Source: Cetorhinus maximus (taxonomy: Eukaryota). From it: 64,000 bases of DNA. The position numbers were made by a program, and so were the translations under genes. This document shows, piece after piece, positions 12,127-24,870 of this stretch (positions are counted from its first letter, which is position 1; each line of letters opens with the position of its first letter). The stretch spans positions 47,678,001 to 47,742,000 of the forward strand of contig NC_135898.1 of assembly GCF_964194155.1 (NCBI RefSeq), read 5' to 3'. The notes under the pieces were generated by a model. The model ran no database searches, was not told the origin of the DNA, and saw only the letters and a program-made list of their open reading frames with translations.

Positions 12127-14739
12127 AAGTTGTGTGCGACAGTTCATATCGCTTTCACTGATCATTAATATACATGCATATCCATGTGGGATATGCTCAG
12201 CACAAATAAAATATAAATGGTCATGGGTAAGAATTTTGTGTACAAATGATGAAGCAGCTAACAGTGCTTACCCATTAATTATACACAAATCTGACAGCGG
12301 CTTCTCACAAGCACACATGCTGTGTGTGATGAACTGCTCCTCCGAAGGCTATGTGAAAACATTCATTTACTGTCTGGCTTTCCATTCAGCATAAAATTTC
12401 TGCAATTGCATTGTAGATATGGACTAAACTCACCACCAAAACTTATATCAAGTCATTCCAGGCTAAGTATTGTTAACTGAGAGGTAAATCATAATTATTG
12501 CCAAACAACCCCTCTGGTACTGAAAATTAATTTTATCAAGTATCATTCCTTCAGAATTTAATTGTTGTTGGAGATCTTTAAAATTTAATATTTTTTACTT
12601 CTTCCTTGTCCCTTTTATCTTTCACTCTCAATCCACTCCTTCAGCCCTTCTCTTTATCTTGCTATCCTGTATCTGATTTCACGTTGAATTCATTGAGTCA
12701 ACATGCACTTCCTGCTCATTAATGATTCTTTAATCGGTTTGGTTTGGGAGATACAAAAGTTGCTTGCCCTATTCACACAAGTCCCAGATCCCTTGGAGAG
12801 GGTGCTGTTCCATTTGGCTGACAGCAACTTGCCAGGTAAAAGCCCATAGGAAGTCTATGGGAAAATGTAAGTGTAATGAACGGCACTGTTCGTTGACTGC
12901 TCAGAGAAGCTCAGGGTAGATTGATGAACAATAAAAGCTATTGGACATAAAACTCAAGTAGAAAAAGAAGAATTAAAGTTGAAAGGGTAAACTTTAAATC
13001 TGACAAATGCCAAGTCTTTAAGCCTAGTGTTAGAGTAAAAAAGCAGTATAATAATACAAAAGAACATTCTCTTCGAGCTATGATGCGAACACAGAGACTG
13101 AAGAAATATGACCAACAACTGCAGGAACACCACCTCACAGGTCTCAACAGAGGTGAGACTCAGCAGCCACATGAAGGCAAGACAGCCAATCTATTCAAAA
13201 GGAAAAGCTGTATATCTCTGCCCATATGACAAAAGGTTAACCTGAACACTCAAAGTTGAAAATTTACCAATGATATGTTAAATACAAACTGTAGGGCTAA
13301 CTTGCTAAAGGGTCAGTAATTTTAGGAATTGAAAATAATTTCATTATACTAGAATTAACAGAAGAGGGTTAATGCTGAGATATTGTGATATATTTATGTT
13401 GCAATTGTGCCTAAAATGATCTGGTCTCGGTTATTTAAAGAAAATCAAGCTTAACTTTATATTGCTATTCGCTATGTATCATGGATTTTGTAAAATAAAA
13501 TATTGTGTGATGCTTCACAGTGTCCGATTTTCACATCTGATGATTCTGGCAAGAAGTTACATATGAACAATGACATATAGGAAAAGACCCAGTCATTGAC
13601 CTATCCAGCCTGTCCCACACAATTACGATGCCTTCTGCATTACAATATATACACTCTCCAGCCCATCAGAAGCCACATAATCTCCTGGGAAAGGTGACAA
13701 TCAGGATTCAAAACCTTCAACCAATTAGGCAGGAAAAATCTGGAAAATTCCCCTCTTGCCTCTTTTGGTGATTTGGTCTAGTTTAATCACCTACCTGCCC
13801 ACGATTAATGTCACGCAGTGTTTACCTTTCGTACAAGGCGATCCCTGTAGTAGCCAGAAACCAATCCAGTTCTCACATGAAGTAGCTCAGTGAATCAGCG
13901 TTCAACAAAATTAACTGACTTAATTCAATGTTGTCAAAGCTTGTGGTGTGATAGAATTGGCTTTTACACAAATATCATCTGAATTGGGTAATAAAAGATG
14001 ATCTGAAAGTAGGCTAATTAAACTATCGTATAAATGTTTGTTTGAACGGCAAATTCAGTTTTTCTTACAGGTAAATATTTTTAAAAAGTGGAAAATTATT
14101 GGCCTGTTGCCTATCGCATGAACAGACTAGGTATTGGAAAATAAAATATATTCCTTATACATTGGACAGAATTAAGCGTTCACAGAATCTTAAAAGACAG
14201 GCATTACAAGATGGCAAGGTTTACTAATATGGGTGAACCAGGTGAGGACCAGGTAAATCCACTGTAAAGTAGTGCGGTATTATAATTCCCAATCGACTTG
14301 CAGCTTAAAGACACTGTAGATCTCATGCATTCTTTGAAATGACTCAGTTTAAGACAGCTTAACCTGAACCTCAGTCTACAGACCACAGTTATTGAAATAT
14401 GTAATTCCCCAGCATCTAATACCATTGACGCCCAAGCTATAAAAATCAGATCTCCTTTAGAATTGATTTAGATAAATAACTTTTCAAAAGACAAAAGACC
14501 AAGGGAATAATCATCCCCCTCTTCTCATTGACAAGGTTTTACTGAGCCAGGACTTTGTGTGTTGAATTTTATTTCTGTGCGTCATGCTAATAGGACCGTG
14601 GTTAAATATTGCAGGATTATTTAAACAGCTTTTCAGTCACATTTCAGATTGGCTCACAGAACTGCCATAGTTTGGGACACTTAAAAGAAACCTCAAATCA
14701 CAAGAGTTTGAGAAATGATTTTTCTCCCTATTCCAGGAT

Positions 14740-17260
14740 CACTCTGGAATGCAAAAATAACCCCGTCTTATTTGCTCAACTGCAAACTGTCGTCTTAAAC
14801 TCCTGTCACCCTCAATCTAACCTCAAACCACAAACGTGAGGAGCTCATGGACTTCTTTGTCTATAATATTAAGACTGTCTAATTAGCTGCCACTTCCCTT
14901 TCTTCCAGTAGCCCACCTGGCTAAACTTCCCCTAAAAAGATCCTTGCTGCCCCAGCTCTAAACTCACTGTTCTCTAGTTTTACTCCCACCTCCCCTCTCT
15001 GAGCTCATCTTGTCCATGAGACCCACCTGCTCCCTTGATCCTATTTCCACTAAACTGCTGACCACCCAACTTCCCCCTTCCTGGTTCCCATGTTAACTGG
15101 CATCATTACTTCTTTTCTCCCTTCAGGTACTGTCCCATATCAGGCTGCCATATCATCAACCTTCTCCTCAAAAAGCCAACCCCTGACCCATCTTCAGCTT
15201 CCCTTTCCTCTCCAAAGTCTGTTGTTGCCACCCAAATCCATGCTCATCTTTTCCAGAACTCCGTGTTTGAATCCCTCCAAACAGGTTTTTGGCCTTGCCA
15301 CAATACTGAAATGGCTCTTATCAAGGTCACAAATGACATCCTATGTGATTGCAACAAAAGTAAACAACCCTTCACCATCCTTCTTGATCTGTCTTTAGCC
15401 TTCACATAGATAACTACCCTATCCTCCTCTGATGCCTCTCCACCTGTGTGGTACTTGCCTGGTTCCATTCATGTTAGCTAATTGCAGCCAGAGAATCAAC
15501 TGCAGTAGCTTCACTTGCCACTCCCACAGAATTACCTTGGGGTGTCCCCCAAGAATCTATCCTAGGCCCCTCCCCATTTCACATTTACATGATGCGTCTC
15601 AGAAACATCACACAAAAAGTAGAGCATGTTTTCACATGTACACTGACAATACCCAGCTCTACATTACTACAACATCACATCACTTCTCTACTGTCTCTAA
15701 ATCGTCAGACTGTTTGTCTCACATCCAGGACTGGATAAGCAGAAAGGTCCTCCAATGGAATGTTGGGAAGACCAAAGCCATTGACTTTGGTCCATGCTAC
15801 AAACATTATTCCCTAGTTACAGACTCCATCCCCCTACCAGGCAAGTGCCTGAGGCTGAACCAGACTGTTTGCAACACTGGTATCATATTTGAACCCAAAT
15901 AAACTTCTGCTCACACATGAATGCCACCACTAAGACTACCTATTTCAACCTCCGTAATATCACTCGACTCTGTCCCTCCCTCAGCTAATCGGCTTTTAAA
16001 GCCCTCATCCATGTCTTGGTTACCTCTAGATTTGATCATTGCAATGTGCTCTTCACTAGTTCTACCCTCCACAAACTTCAAATCATTTTAAACTCTACTG
16101 CCCATAACCTTATTCATAGAGTCCAGTTAACTTATCACCCCTGTGCTCACAAACCTATGTTGATGCCCAGTTAAGCAACACTTTGATTTTTTAATTCTCA
16201 CCTTGTTTTCAAATCCCACTATAGCCTCACCTCTCCCCATCTCTTATTTCCTACAACGCTATAACCAACCAAGATATATGTACTCATCTCATTCTGGCCT
16301 CTTGCATATCCCTGAATTTAATTGCTCCACAATTAGTGGCTGGGCCTCCAATTGCCAATACCCTGAGGTCTGAGATTCCCTCCCTAAAACTCTTTACCTC
16401 TCAAGCTCTCTTTCCTCCTTTAAGATGCTTCTTAAACAATAGACCCTGGATTTAATCCAGCCCATTGTGACTGGAACCATGGTGCTGGGCCCACTTAATG
16501 GTGGGAGAGGCCCTGCCGCAGTCACCCAGCAGCACCATGCGTAAGTTGGACGATAGAAGGGGCTGATGCAGGCTATCTGGCCACCAGCAACGGGAGGTCG
16601 ATTAGGTTCATTAATGAGCCAATTTACGCCCACTATCCCTGTGCCCACTGCAATGCAGTGGTGACTTGGGGATTAAATGGGAGCTGCGAGGCTTTCCCGC
16701 TCCTCCTGAAGGCCGCCCTTGCCGAGTATGCCAGTCTCCTGGGAGGAGGTTCTTCTTTATCAGGCACTCAGGAACCCAGCTTCAGGAAGGGGGTGATCGC
16801 TGAAATCCATAACCATGCCCTTGCTTCTGACCCTCTCCAGCCCACCCATCCCACAACTCCCACCCTGCCACCTCCAGTTGGCCCTTGGCTCCCAATAGTG
16901 CTGATTAGCAATGGAAAGCTGCCAGCAACTTTCGGCAGATAGGACTTCCTCCGCCAGGGTCCTGAATCCCTGGAAAGGCCCAACAGTGGGCACTTAAGTG
17001 CCAGAAGGGCACAGCATACCCTCGAGACTCCCCCATGGAACTGAAAGGGATTCCCCGCCAGTTCTTCGACCAGTGGGCATGATCCAAATTAGGCTAACTA
17101 AATCCAACGCAACCTCTCCAACCAAATTTTTGGTTATCAGCCCTAATATCTCCCTATGTAGCTCAGTGATAAAACATTGCTTTATAATGTACCCATGAAG
17201 TGCCTTGGGATCTTTTAATACATTATAGATGCTACATAAGTACAAGTTGCTGTTGTAGCC
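14740..17260 (+). mobile_element. Old L2-clade LINE 3' half, interrupted by a MITE at ~16442-17110
   Basis: Decayed RT: FHMYTDNTQLYI (YADD-like), LSDCLSHIQDWISRKVLQWNVGKTKAI, and TETAL-like and LVTSRFD-like segments. The 3' end (ACCAAATTTTTGGTTATC...TGAAGTGCCTTGGGA) resumes after the MITE. Confidence 0.72.
16442..17110. mobile_element. Non-autonomous DNA transposon (MITE), probably Harbinger-related
   Basis: GC-rich insert splitting the L2 tail. Its imperfect TIRs (CCCTGGATTTAA / CTAAATCCAACG) resemble other GGCTGGATTTT-type ends in the window. Confidence 0.5.
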
Positions 17261-17469
17261 ATGCATTTGCTATGACATATTAATACAAGGATACTTGCTG
17301 TGCTTAGCAAGGACCTCTCATTAACTGGGATATGGTATCTTTTTCCACAAATCTTTACTATTTCAAGGTGTTAAGTGGGCTGCACCAGTTTTAAGGTAAT
17401 CACTTTTCTATGTATTATTAAACTTATGTAGAATTAATACTCTTTCCACTGATCTCCTCATTGGAATGA

Positions 17470-19500
17470 CATTACAAACAATATTTTTTGTTTACCTGGT
17501 GCCCTCAACAGAAAAATGCCCCATGGTGTTTCAAAAAGGCATAATCAGAACCAAAGATGAAGATATTAGGTGTGGGTGGGTTTTAAGGAAGTCTTAGAAG
17601 TAGAAGGATGTGGACAGGTGAAGCTAGAGTATGGTCATAGGTTTCTAATTTTAATGTGCTCTTTAAATGGGATACGGACATCTCTGGCAAGGCATTTGTA
17701 GTCCATTCCTAATTGCCCTTGAATTGAGTGGCTTGCTAGGTCATTTCAGAGGACAGTTAAGAGTCAGCCACATTGCTGAGAGTCTAGAGTCACATGTAGG
17801 TCAGATATTATAAAGGAGAGCAGATTTCCTTCCCTAAAGGACATTAGTGAACCAGATTTTTAATAACAATTGACAATGGTTTCATGGTCACCATTACTGA
17901 GACTAGCTTTCAATTCCCGATTTCATTAATTGAATTTAAATTCAATTTAAATTGAATTTGAACCCATGTCCCCAGAGCCTGGGCCTCTGGATTACCAGTC
18001 CAGTGACATTGCAACTACGCCACTGTCTCCACTAACTGCTTCAACATCACTATTCATGCTAAAGGGAGTGAGAAATGCAAAGAAAGGCCAGAGTCAGAGG
18101 TACAAAGCTCAGTAGGGGGCGGTTGCAGGGCAGGAGAAGGTTATAGAGGCTACAGAGACTCAATGCGGGCAAGTTACACAGGGATTTAAACAAGAGCACG
18201 AGAATCTCAGATTAAAGGTATGAAGTGGTAATGCTACTATCGACAGGTTGATGGGTGAGCGGAAGTTGTTACCAGACAGAACGTAAGCAGAGTTTTGGTT
18301 GAACTGAAGTTTCTGGGGGGTGGAGGATTGGAGGCGTGAAGTCTGAAGATGACAAAGTCACAAATGAGCAGTAGGTGGGATACGGTAGAGAGCAGGGGTG
18401 GGTGATATTATGGAGGTAGAAGTAGACGGACTTCATCTTGCTGGGGGTACAGGTTCACTAGCTCAGCTCAAAGTTAATAAGATACCAAGAATGTGCAGAA
18501 TCTGGTTCAGCCTGAGACAGAGGCTGGGATGGAGTATCGGAACAGTGACAAGCATATGGCGGAGCCCGAAGGTGATGACATTTATCTTCCCGTTGTTTAA
18601 CTGGAGAAAAATATGGTTCACCTGAGACTATCAGACAAGTAGCCAGACAACAGAGGAACTGTTGAAAGGTGGCGGAGGTACAGTGTACATGTGAAAATTG
18701 GTCTTATGATGTTACCAATGGCAATGTGTAGATGGAAGGGGCAAAGGAGAGATCCATGAGGGAGCTTCTGAGGTAAGTGTGTGGGGCTGGAAGAGAAACC
18801 TATTGCGGGAGATGCTCTGGCTGCAATCAAATATGGAACCAAGCGAGGGCAATCCTACTGAACAATGAAAGGGAGACTTTGCAAAAGGATGGTGTGGTCA
18901 ATTTTGTCAAAAACTGAAGTGACATACAGGAAGAGGAGGGGGAGGAGGAGGAGGGATAATGCATCATTATAAAGTGGAAGAGGCAGCATTAGGTGACTGA
19001 GAAGATGCAGGAAAGGCTGGGGATCAAGCAGCAGAAACTAGGCTGAGAATCAAGGTTTCATAACATAACTTGTGACTAAGCTTCAAGTAACAGCTGAGGA
19101 AGCACATCCTCATTTTTGCCCACATTAAGATAGGGAAAGTTTTGACTTAATTAAGATTTAATATTGAGCAGGCAGTCAGAGGGCTTGGCAGCAACCTTGA
19201 AATCAAGAGGGGAGTACATGGTTAAAACTGTGCAGAAGCAGAAAACATATGGAACCTGAAATCCTGCTGCTGGATGACATCACTAAGGATCCAACCAAAA
19301 AGAGGAAAAACTTGTACAGAGAGCAGCAACAACTGTGACCCTGCAAGGATGGCTGGAGGAAATCTTTGGGATAATTCTGAATCAAACCTGAGATAATGCA
19401 GTGACATAGAGTGGCACTGGGCGGAGGTTAGAATAATAAACAGTGCCAAAGGAAATAGGGAGAACAAGGAGGAAGAGGAGGGACAGACAGGGACCTGCTG
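17470..19500 (-). mobile_element. Highly decayed L2-like LINE
   Basis: Purine-rich plus strand. The minus strand gives LPHGSLLCP and YLSDSLR-type RT remnants, and an L2-like tail lies near 17480-17600. Boundaries are approximate. Confidence 0.45.
17660..18030 (-). mobile_element. tRNA-derived SINE (same family as 30042-30395)
   Basis: The reverse complement starts GGAGACAGTGGCGTAGTTGCAATGTCACTGGACTGGTAATCCAGAG...GGGTTCAAAT (A and B boxes) and matches the body and tail of the 30042 copy. Confidence 0.8.
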
Positions 19501-20131
19501 TCATAGTCTAGAGGATGGATTGAAGGGTTTGAATCTTGAAATAAAGGCAGTGGATGAGTATCTAACAAAGGTTATACATGCTGCATTTATACTAAAGCTG
19601 CTGTTCTAAGTGTAACAGATGAAGTGTGGGTCTCAGCCAACCACAACCCTATTTCCACTATCTGGCTGAAACTCCAACTGGTGAGGAGAGTGCTTTACAT
19701 GTGGATAACGACAAGCATGGAAAACTCAAATCTTTAAATAATGTGCATGGCAGCAGCAACATTGTCTCAACATTGAAATTAATTTAGAGTCAGTTCAATT
19801 AGTGCCCCTCCCTCGAGAACAAAGTGTATGCGTTTCATACATAAGATTTACACAGAGCCAAACAGACTGCGCATTAAAAATGTCACTTCACTTTTCAGTG
19901 TCACAGGATTTTGAGCAGATGACAGGATGGTGTCAGAGTTCATCCCCTCCATGTTTTAATGTAAATGTACAGCGCAGCAAAGACTAAAACTTCAGCAAGA
20001 ATTGAAGGCCTAGGATATTGTCTCATGATGCTTGGTTCAATAGTTTTTTTTTAAAACTAAATACAAAAAAATTATTTAATAACAAGTTGAAAAAAGTGAA
20101 AAGGTGCAGGTTTCTGATGCAGATTACTTAC

Positions 20132-20350
20132 CAACATGACAGTGTCTTGTCTTTCAGTTTCACAAATCTTGAAAAGGCCTGAACTTTTCATGTTATGTTG
20201 CATGCATACTTCAATTACTTTAGTCCAATTCAAGTAATCTGATGCTCCAGGAAGAGTTTTGGGGTTGCTTTTAAAAGTTTCCATTCTAAAGAGTCTCCGA
20301 GCTGCAAACTTACAGCAACCCAGCACAGAATGAAATTGTGATCTTAACAT
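20132..20350 (-). CDS. Candidate alternative first coding exon of PLCE1 (unconfirmed)
   Basis: In unique sequence, a 73-codon ATG-initiated frame (MLRSQF...QDTVML) ends exactly at TTG|GTAAGT. It is phase 0, on the same strand and in the same phase as the main PLCE1 exon donor. Confidence 0.35.
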
Positions 20351-22469
20351 ATGCAGTGTTTTGCAGTTCAGTATTTCTTCAAATCAAGCGACTACAGACT
20401 GTCTGGAGACACCATTCTGTGACCGTGTTGCACTGTGTCTGGACACAAAATGCTTTTTCTCAATTGGCAGCTGGAAAATATTATGAACCTAACCAGAAAT
20501 CCTTTTCAATGAGAGGGATTCCATTTATGATTCATAGCTTAGCCAACGTGGGCTTTCTTTCAGATTCAAATGGAAGCACAGAAGGGTGTTCAGTACTTTT
20601 TTTCTGGAGAAACAGTCTTCATTACTGATAATTATTACATTGATGCCTTCATATACCTATAGACAAAAAATTCCAGGAGACATTTCATTTAATGTTCCAT
20701 CCTAGAACTTTTTCTTTGGCACTGTTCCCACACAGCTTGTTACTTGGTGTGGAGGGGGGTGGTAGGGGGGAAAACAATCTCTGCTGTAAAGTTTACAACT
20801 TGGGGTGTTCCACAATCAGCAACACGACTTTACTTGTCAGAAAGTAAGATGAGGCACCGTTTCTTTCATCTTGAGGCTGGGCATTTGATCAGCAGCTCAG
20901 TCTAGCTCATTACTCCTGGATTTGTTAAGTGATCCCTTTTCCCATTTAGCATGTTGATCAGTGCTGTGTTTGTTGGTATGTGGGCCAAATGTTTGTGTTT
21001 GTAACAGTGCAATTGGAAGTGGAATGAAGGAGAAAGGCAGGCTGTGACAATGTTTTTTAAAAGTTCATTTATGGGATGTGGGCTTCACTGGCTAGGCCAG
21101 TGTTTATTGCCCATCCCTAATTGCCCTTGAGAGTACTTATCACCAACAACGATTCTGACAAGGTCTCTGGACAATGCGTGATTGCCCTTAGAGGGAGATT
21201 TCATCCATTTCACTAGCATATACCCATATCAGTGCTGCGTCTTTCTACAACTTATTGCACTCCAAGTAGAGTGACATCATCCAAGCCAGTTGACCTACAG
21301 CTGTGCGATATTACTTTCCACGAAGTCTTGGCTCAAAAAAGAATAATAAATATTATTTTTAATTTAAAAGCCAGAATTCTGTGGAAAGTTATATAGCACC
21401 ATTACAGAAAACAAGGCAACCACTGTGATCTCTCAGACTTGCAAAGCAGAATGGAGCAGAGGTCTCATGCAGGGAGAATGTTTTAGACTCAGAGAATCTT
21501 TGTACACTCTTGACTAAGCAAACATGTAACTTTTTTATTGCTTCCTTTCCCATCCCCCTCATTTTTGTAACATTATATTTTCTGCTTCTCTTGATCTCGA
21601 TTGCACCCTACATCATTCAAAGAGAGCTCTCACGCTCTGTACGATGTAAGAGTACTACTGACCATGAATTGACACTACCTAAAGTTTTCTTACTTAGATA
21701 CAAGCAATTTAGCAGGATTCAGTTATCCTCAATCTTATCTCAAACACTAACCATTTAGAGACAAAATAATTATTTAAATGATTGGGATAAATGTTTCCAG
21801 CTTAACATAATCCATTTACAATGCAGCCCAGTACAGGTAAACATTTTCTTCCCAAGAGAACATATTAGCTAAATTTGACCATGAGAGAAGAAAGAAAAGA
21901 AACGAGAAAAAGGCAGAAACCCTGGAGTGCATTTCCCACCATCACCACCAACTCCCCAACCATCTTATTGTCATGAGGCTTGGGCAATTTTAACTCCTAG
22001 GCCCCATATGCATGCTGCTGGTCAGCTGCCTGTCTGAAAGGCAGGATGTGCTAGTGGTCCACATCAAGGGCTGAATGGCAGAAGATGGTAGGCATAATGG
22101 TCAAAAGATTAAGGTAGCCATCGGCTCATGGCAGCTCCAGCTCTTGACCTGGAGCCAGCTCTGGATGGTAGTCCTGCACAAACTGGTTTCACCTCCTACA
22201 TTCCATGAGTGCTGAGGGAGAGGACCAATATCCTGGTATGTGCTACTGTGCTGCATTATACTGTTATCTCAGAAATGACCACTGGCTGTCCTGGTTCTAA
22301 TTGTTCTCTTCATCATCCTCCTCCTCGTTTGCTGCCCATTGCTATGCTGGATTTGAAAGAGAGTAAAAGAATAGGCTTTTTCTTAAATGGTAAGGAGTCA
22401 GAGGATGGGATAGAAGTATGTGTGACTCTCTAGTATTTCGTAGGGCTGCTTAGGAGACAGGATTTAAAT

Positions 22470-22612
22470 CTGAAGTTTGTGGGTCCAAGCCCCACTCCTG
22501 AGACCTGAGCACATGATTAGGCTGAAAGAGTGCTGCACTGTCAGGGGTGCTGACTTTCAAATGAGGCATTAAACCAAGGCCCCATTTGCTCTTTCAGGTG
22601 GATGTGAAAGCT
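22470..22612 (+). mobile_element. DeuSINE-like fragment (SacSINE1-type)
   Basis: GTGCTGCACTGTCAGGGGTGCTGACTTTCAAATGAGGCATTAAACCAAGGCCCC resembles the conserved Deu-domain start (GCCGTCTTTCGGATGAGACGTTAAACCGAGG), recalled from memory. Confidence 0.55.
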
Positions 22613-23509
22613 CAGAAGTCCAGCCCTCCGCCGCTTTGGACCCACTGTGGTATTTTGTCACTCAATTGTCTGATCTCTCCATTTCACCTGCCACCTTAGA
22701 ATGCATCTTTTCAACCACATTCTCAAATCTGCTATAACTCATCTCTCATGGTTCCGCATCAGCATCTATTTATTTTCCATCTGTGAAGTGTTTGGGAGGT
22801 TCTTCTACATGAAACATGCTATATTAAAGCAAGCTGTCATTTGTTGTTGTTTAGTGTGCATGCATTCACACACTGCAGTTTTATTTTTTTGCCTTTTTGT
22901 GTATTGCACTGCCAAAGAGCTCACAAAGTTACTGAAGTTGCAAGTAATTACTGCACTAGATTGGTTCCAGATCAAAACATATATTCAGCCCAATGAGTCG
23001 GCACCAACTCTTCTGAAGAGCGATTCAGACAATCACACTCCTTCACGTTTCCCCAATATCTCTGCAATGTTTTCTTCTTTAGGTATTTATTACTGTCAAA
23101 TCGAAATCCATCACCCCAACCAGGCAGCACATTCCACAAAACCTAACCACTCATGGACAACAGATTATTTCTTCATCTTGCCTCCAGTTCTTTTGTCAAT
23201 CATCTGAAACCTGTGTCTTCTGCATATTGACCTTTCAACCATTGGAAACAGTTTCTCTATCTATTCTATCTAAACCCTTCATGATTTTAAATCCATCTAT
23301 CAAATCTCCACTAATCCTCCACTGTCCCTAAGGAGAGCATTCTCTCATCTATCTACCTACCTGTAATTCCTCTTCTCTGGAACTATTCTGGTAAATCCCC
23401 TCCAAAGCCTTCACTTCTTTCCGAAAATGTGATGTCCAGATTTGGACACAACAGACTGGATCTTAACAAGGTCAAGCTGCAGAGGCGAGGTACAGAGTTT
23501 GTGTCCTCC

Positions 23510-23852
23510 AGATGCACTGCAGGAACTCACCAAGGCTCCTTAGGCAGCACCTTCCAAACTCACGTCCCACTACCATCTAGAAGGACAAGGGCAGCAGACC
23601 CATGGGAAGACCACCAACCTGGAAGTTCCCCTCCAAGCCACTCACCATCCTGACTTGGAAATAAATCACTGTTCCTTCACTGTCGCTGGGTCAAAATCCT
23701 GGAGCTCTCACCCTAACAGCACTGTGGGTGTACCTACACCACATGGATTGCAGCAGTTCAAGAAGGGAGCTCACCACCACCTCCTCAAGGGCAATTAGAG
23801 GTGGGCAATAAATGCTGGCCCAGCCAGCGACTCCGATATCCCATGAATGAAA
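23510..23852 (+). mobile_element. 3' fragment of the second CR1-clade LINE family
   Basis: It is the reverse complement of 2335-2680 and ends GGGCAATAAATGCTGGCCCAGCCAGC...CCATGAATG. Related fragments lie at ~21060-21130, 24245-24612, 47160-47330, 47670-47745 and 60790-60965. Confidence 0.85.
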
Positions 23853-23993
23853 ATGAAAACAAGGTGTGGAGTTTGGGCTCTAAAACATGTTGATTCAAAC
23901 TGAGCTTCTACTTACAATTACTGGATGAGGTACAATGCCGATTTTGTTTCACTTGATTTCTTCCACTAGTCTTGTCTTACCTTGTTGTCAGTT

Positions 23994-24229
23994 TGTTGTG
24001 TGTGGCGGCCGAGTTGGGACGGTTGATTGAGTTAATCAGCAGACACTTCTTAGGTGGAAAATTTTATTTATTTACAAAGGTACTCAGCAGCAACTAAACA
24101 TGTGCTCTCACTTCAAACTAACTACAGAGGTAGCCCGCGCTACTCTCCTATTGGGTACTAAATATCATTCCTTAACAAGCATTATTCTTAAAAGTATCTT
24201 ACACACTAAATAAGACCATAATTACCACA
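23994..24229 (-). mobile_element. Solo LTR related to the Gypsy LTR at 61.2-61.45 kb
   Basis: TG...CA ends and near-identical 4-bp flanks (AGTT/GGTT). It shares blocks with 61290-61445: TTATTTACA, AACATG..TGTGC, GGTAGCC.GC.CTAC, TTGGGT and AAA.GT.T.TTACAC. Confidence 0.6.
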
Positions 24230-24649
24230 GGTTCAAAAGCTTTTTTTTATTCATTCCTGGAATGTGGGCTTTACTGGCTAGGTTCAAGTACCAAGTATCT
24301 CTACCAGACGCACTGCAGAACTCTCCCAAGCTCCTTTGAATGCATTTTGCAAACCCACAACCTCTACCACATTAGAAGAACAAAGGCAGCAGGCACATGG
24401 GAACACATCCCCTCCAGGTCACACAACATCCTGACTGAACTATATCACCATACCTTCACTGTCATTGGGTCAAATCTAGAACAGCATTGTGGGTGTACCT
24501 ACACCACATGGACAGCAGTGGTCCAAGAAGGCAACTCACCACCACCTTCTCAAGGTCAATTAGGGACAGGCTATCCTAGCCTTGCCAGCGACCCTCATCC
24601 TGTGAGCAAATAAAAACACTCCCGGAACATTCCTGCACTGCCTGCCTCT

Positions 24650-24870
24650 TCCTACCCCTCCAGGTAGCCACCCTGAACTCTCAATTAGGTGTGGTGTGAC
24701 TACCTCTTAGTAGCTGAAATCCAGGAATCATTCAGCCACCCATGCGTTCTGCAGTGAATTCAGCCGCCTCTCAAACTCAGAAACCCACAGCTGGAGTTCA
24801 TGCAGCTCCTGCACACATGGGTCGTCGGGACACGTGTCCTGAAGTTCCCACATGACACAGGAACAGCAGT
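24650..24870 (-). mobile_element. CR1 ORF1 N-terminal fragment (Zn-finger / leucine zipper)
   Basis: The minus strand translates to CCSCVMWELQDTCPDD..LQLWVSEFERRLNSLQ..FLDFSY*EVVTP, the recognisable CR1 ORF1 start. Confidence 0.6.
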
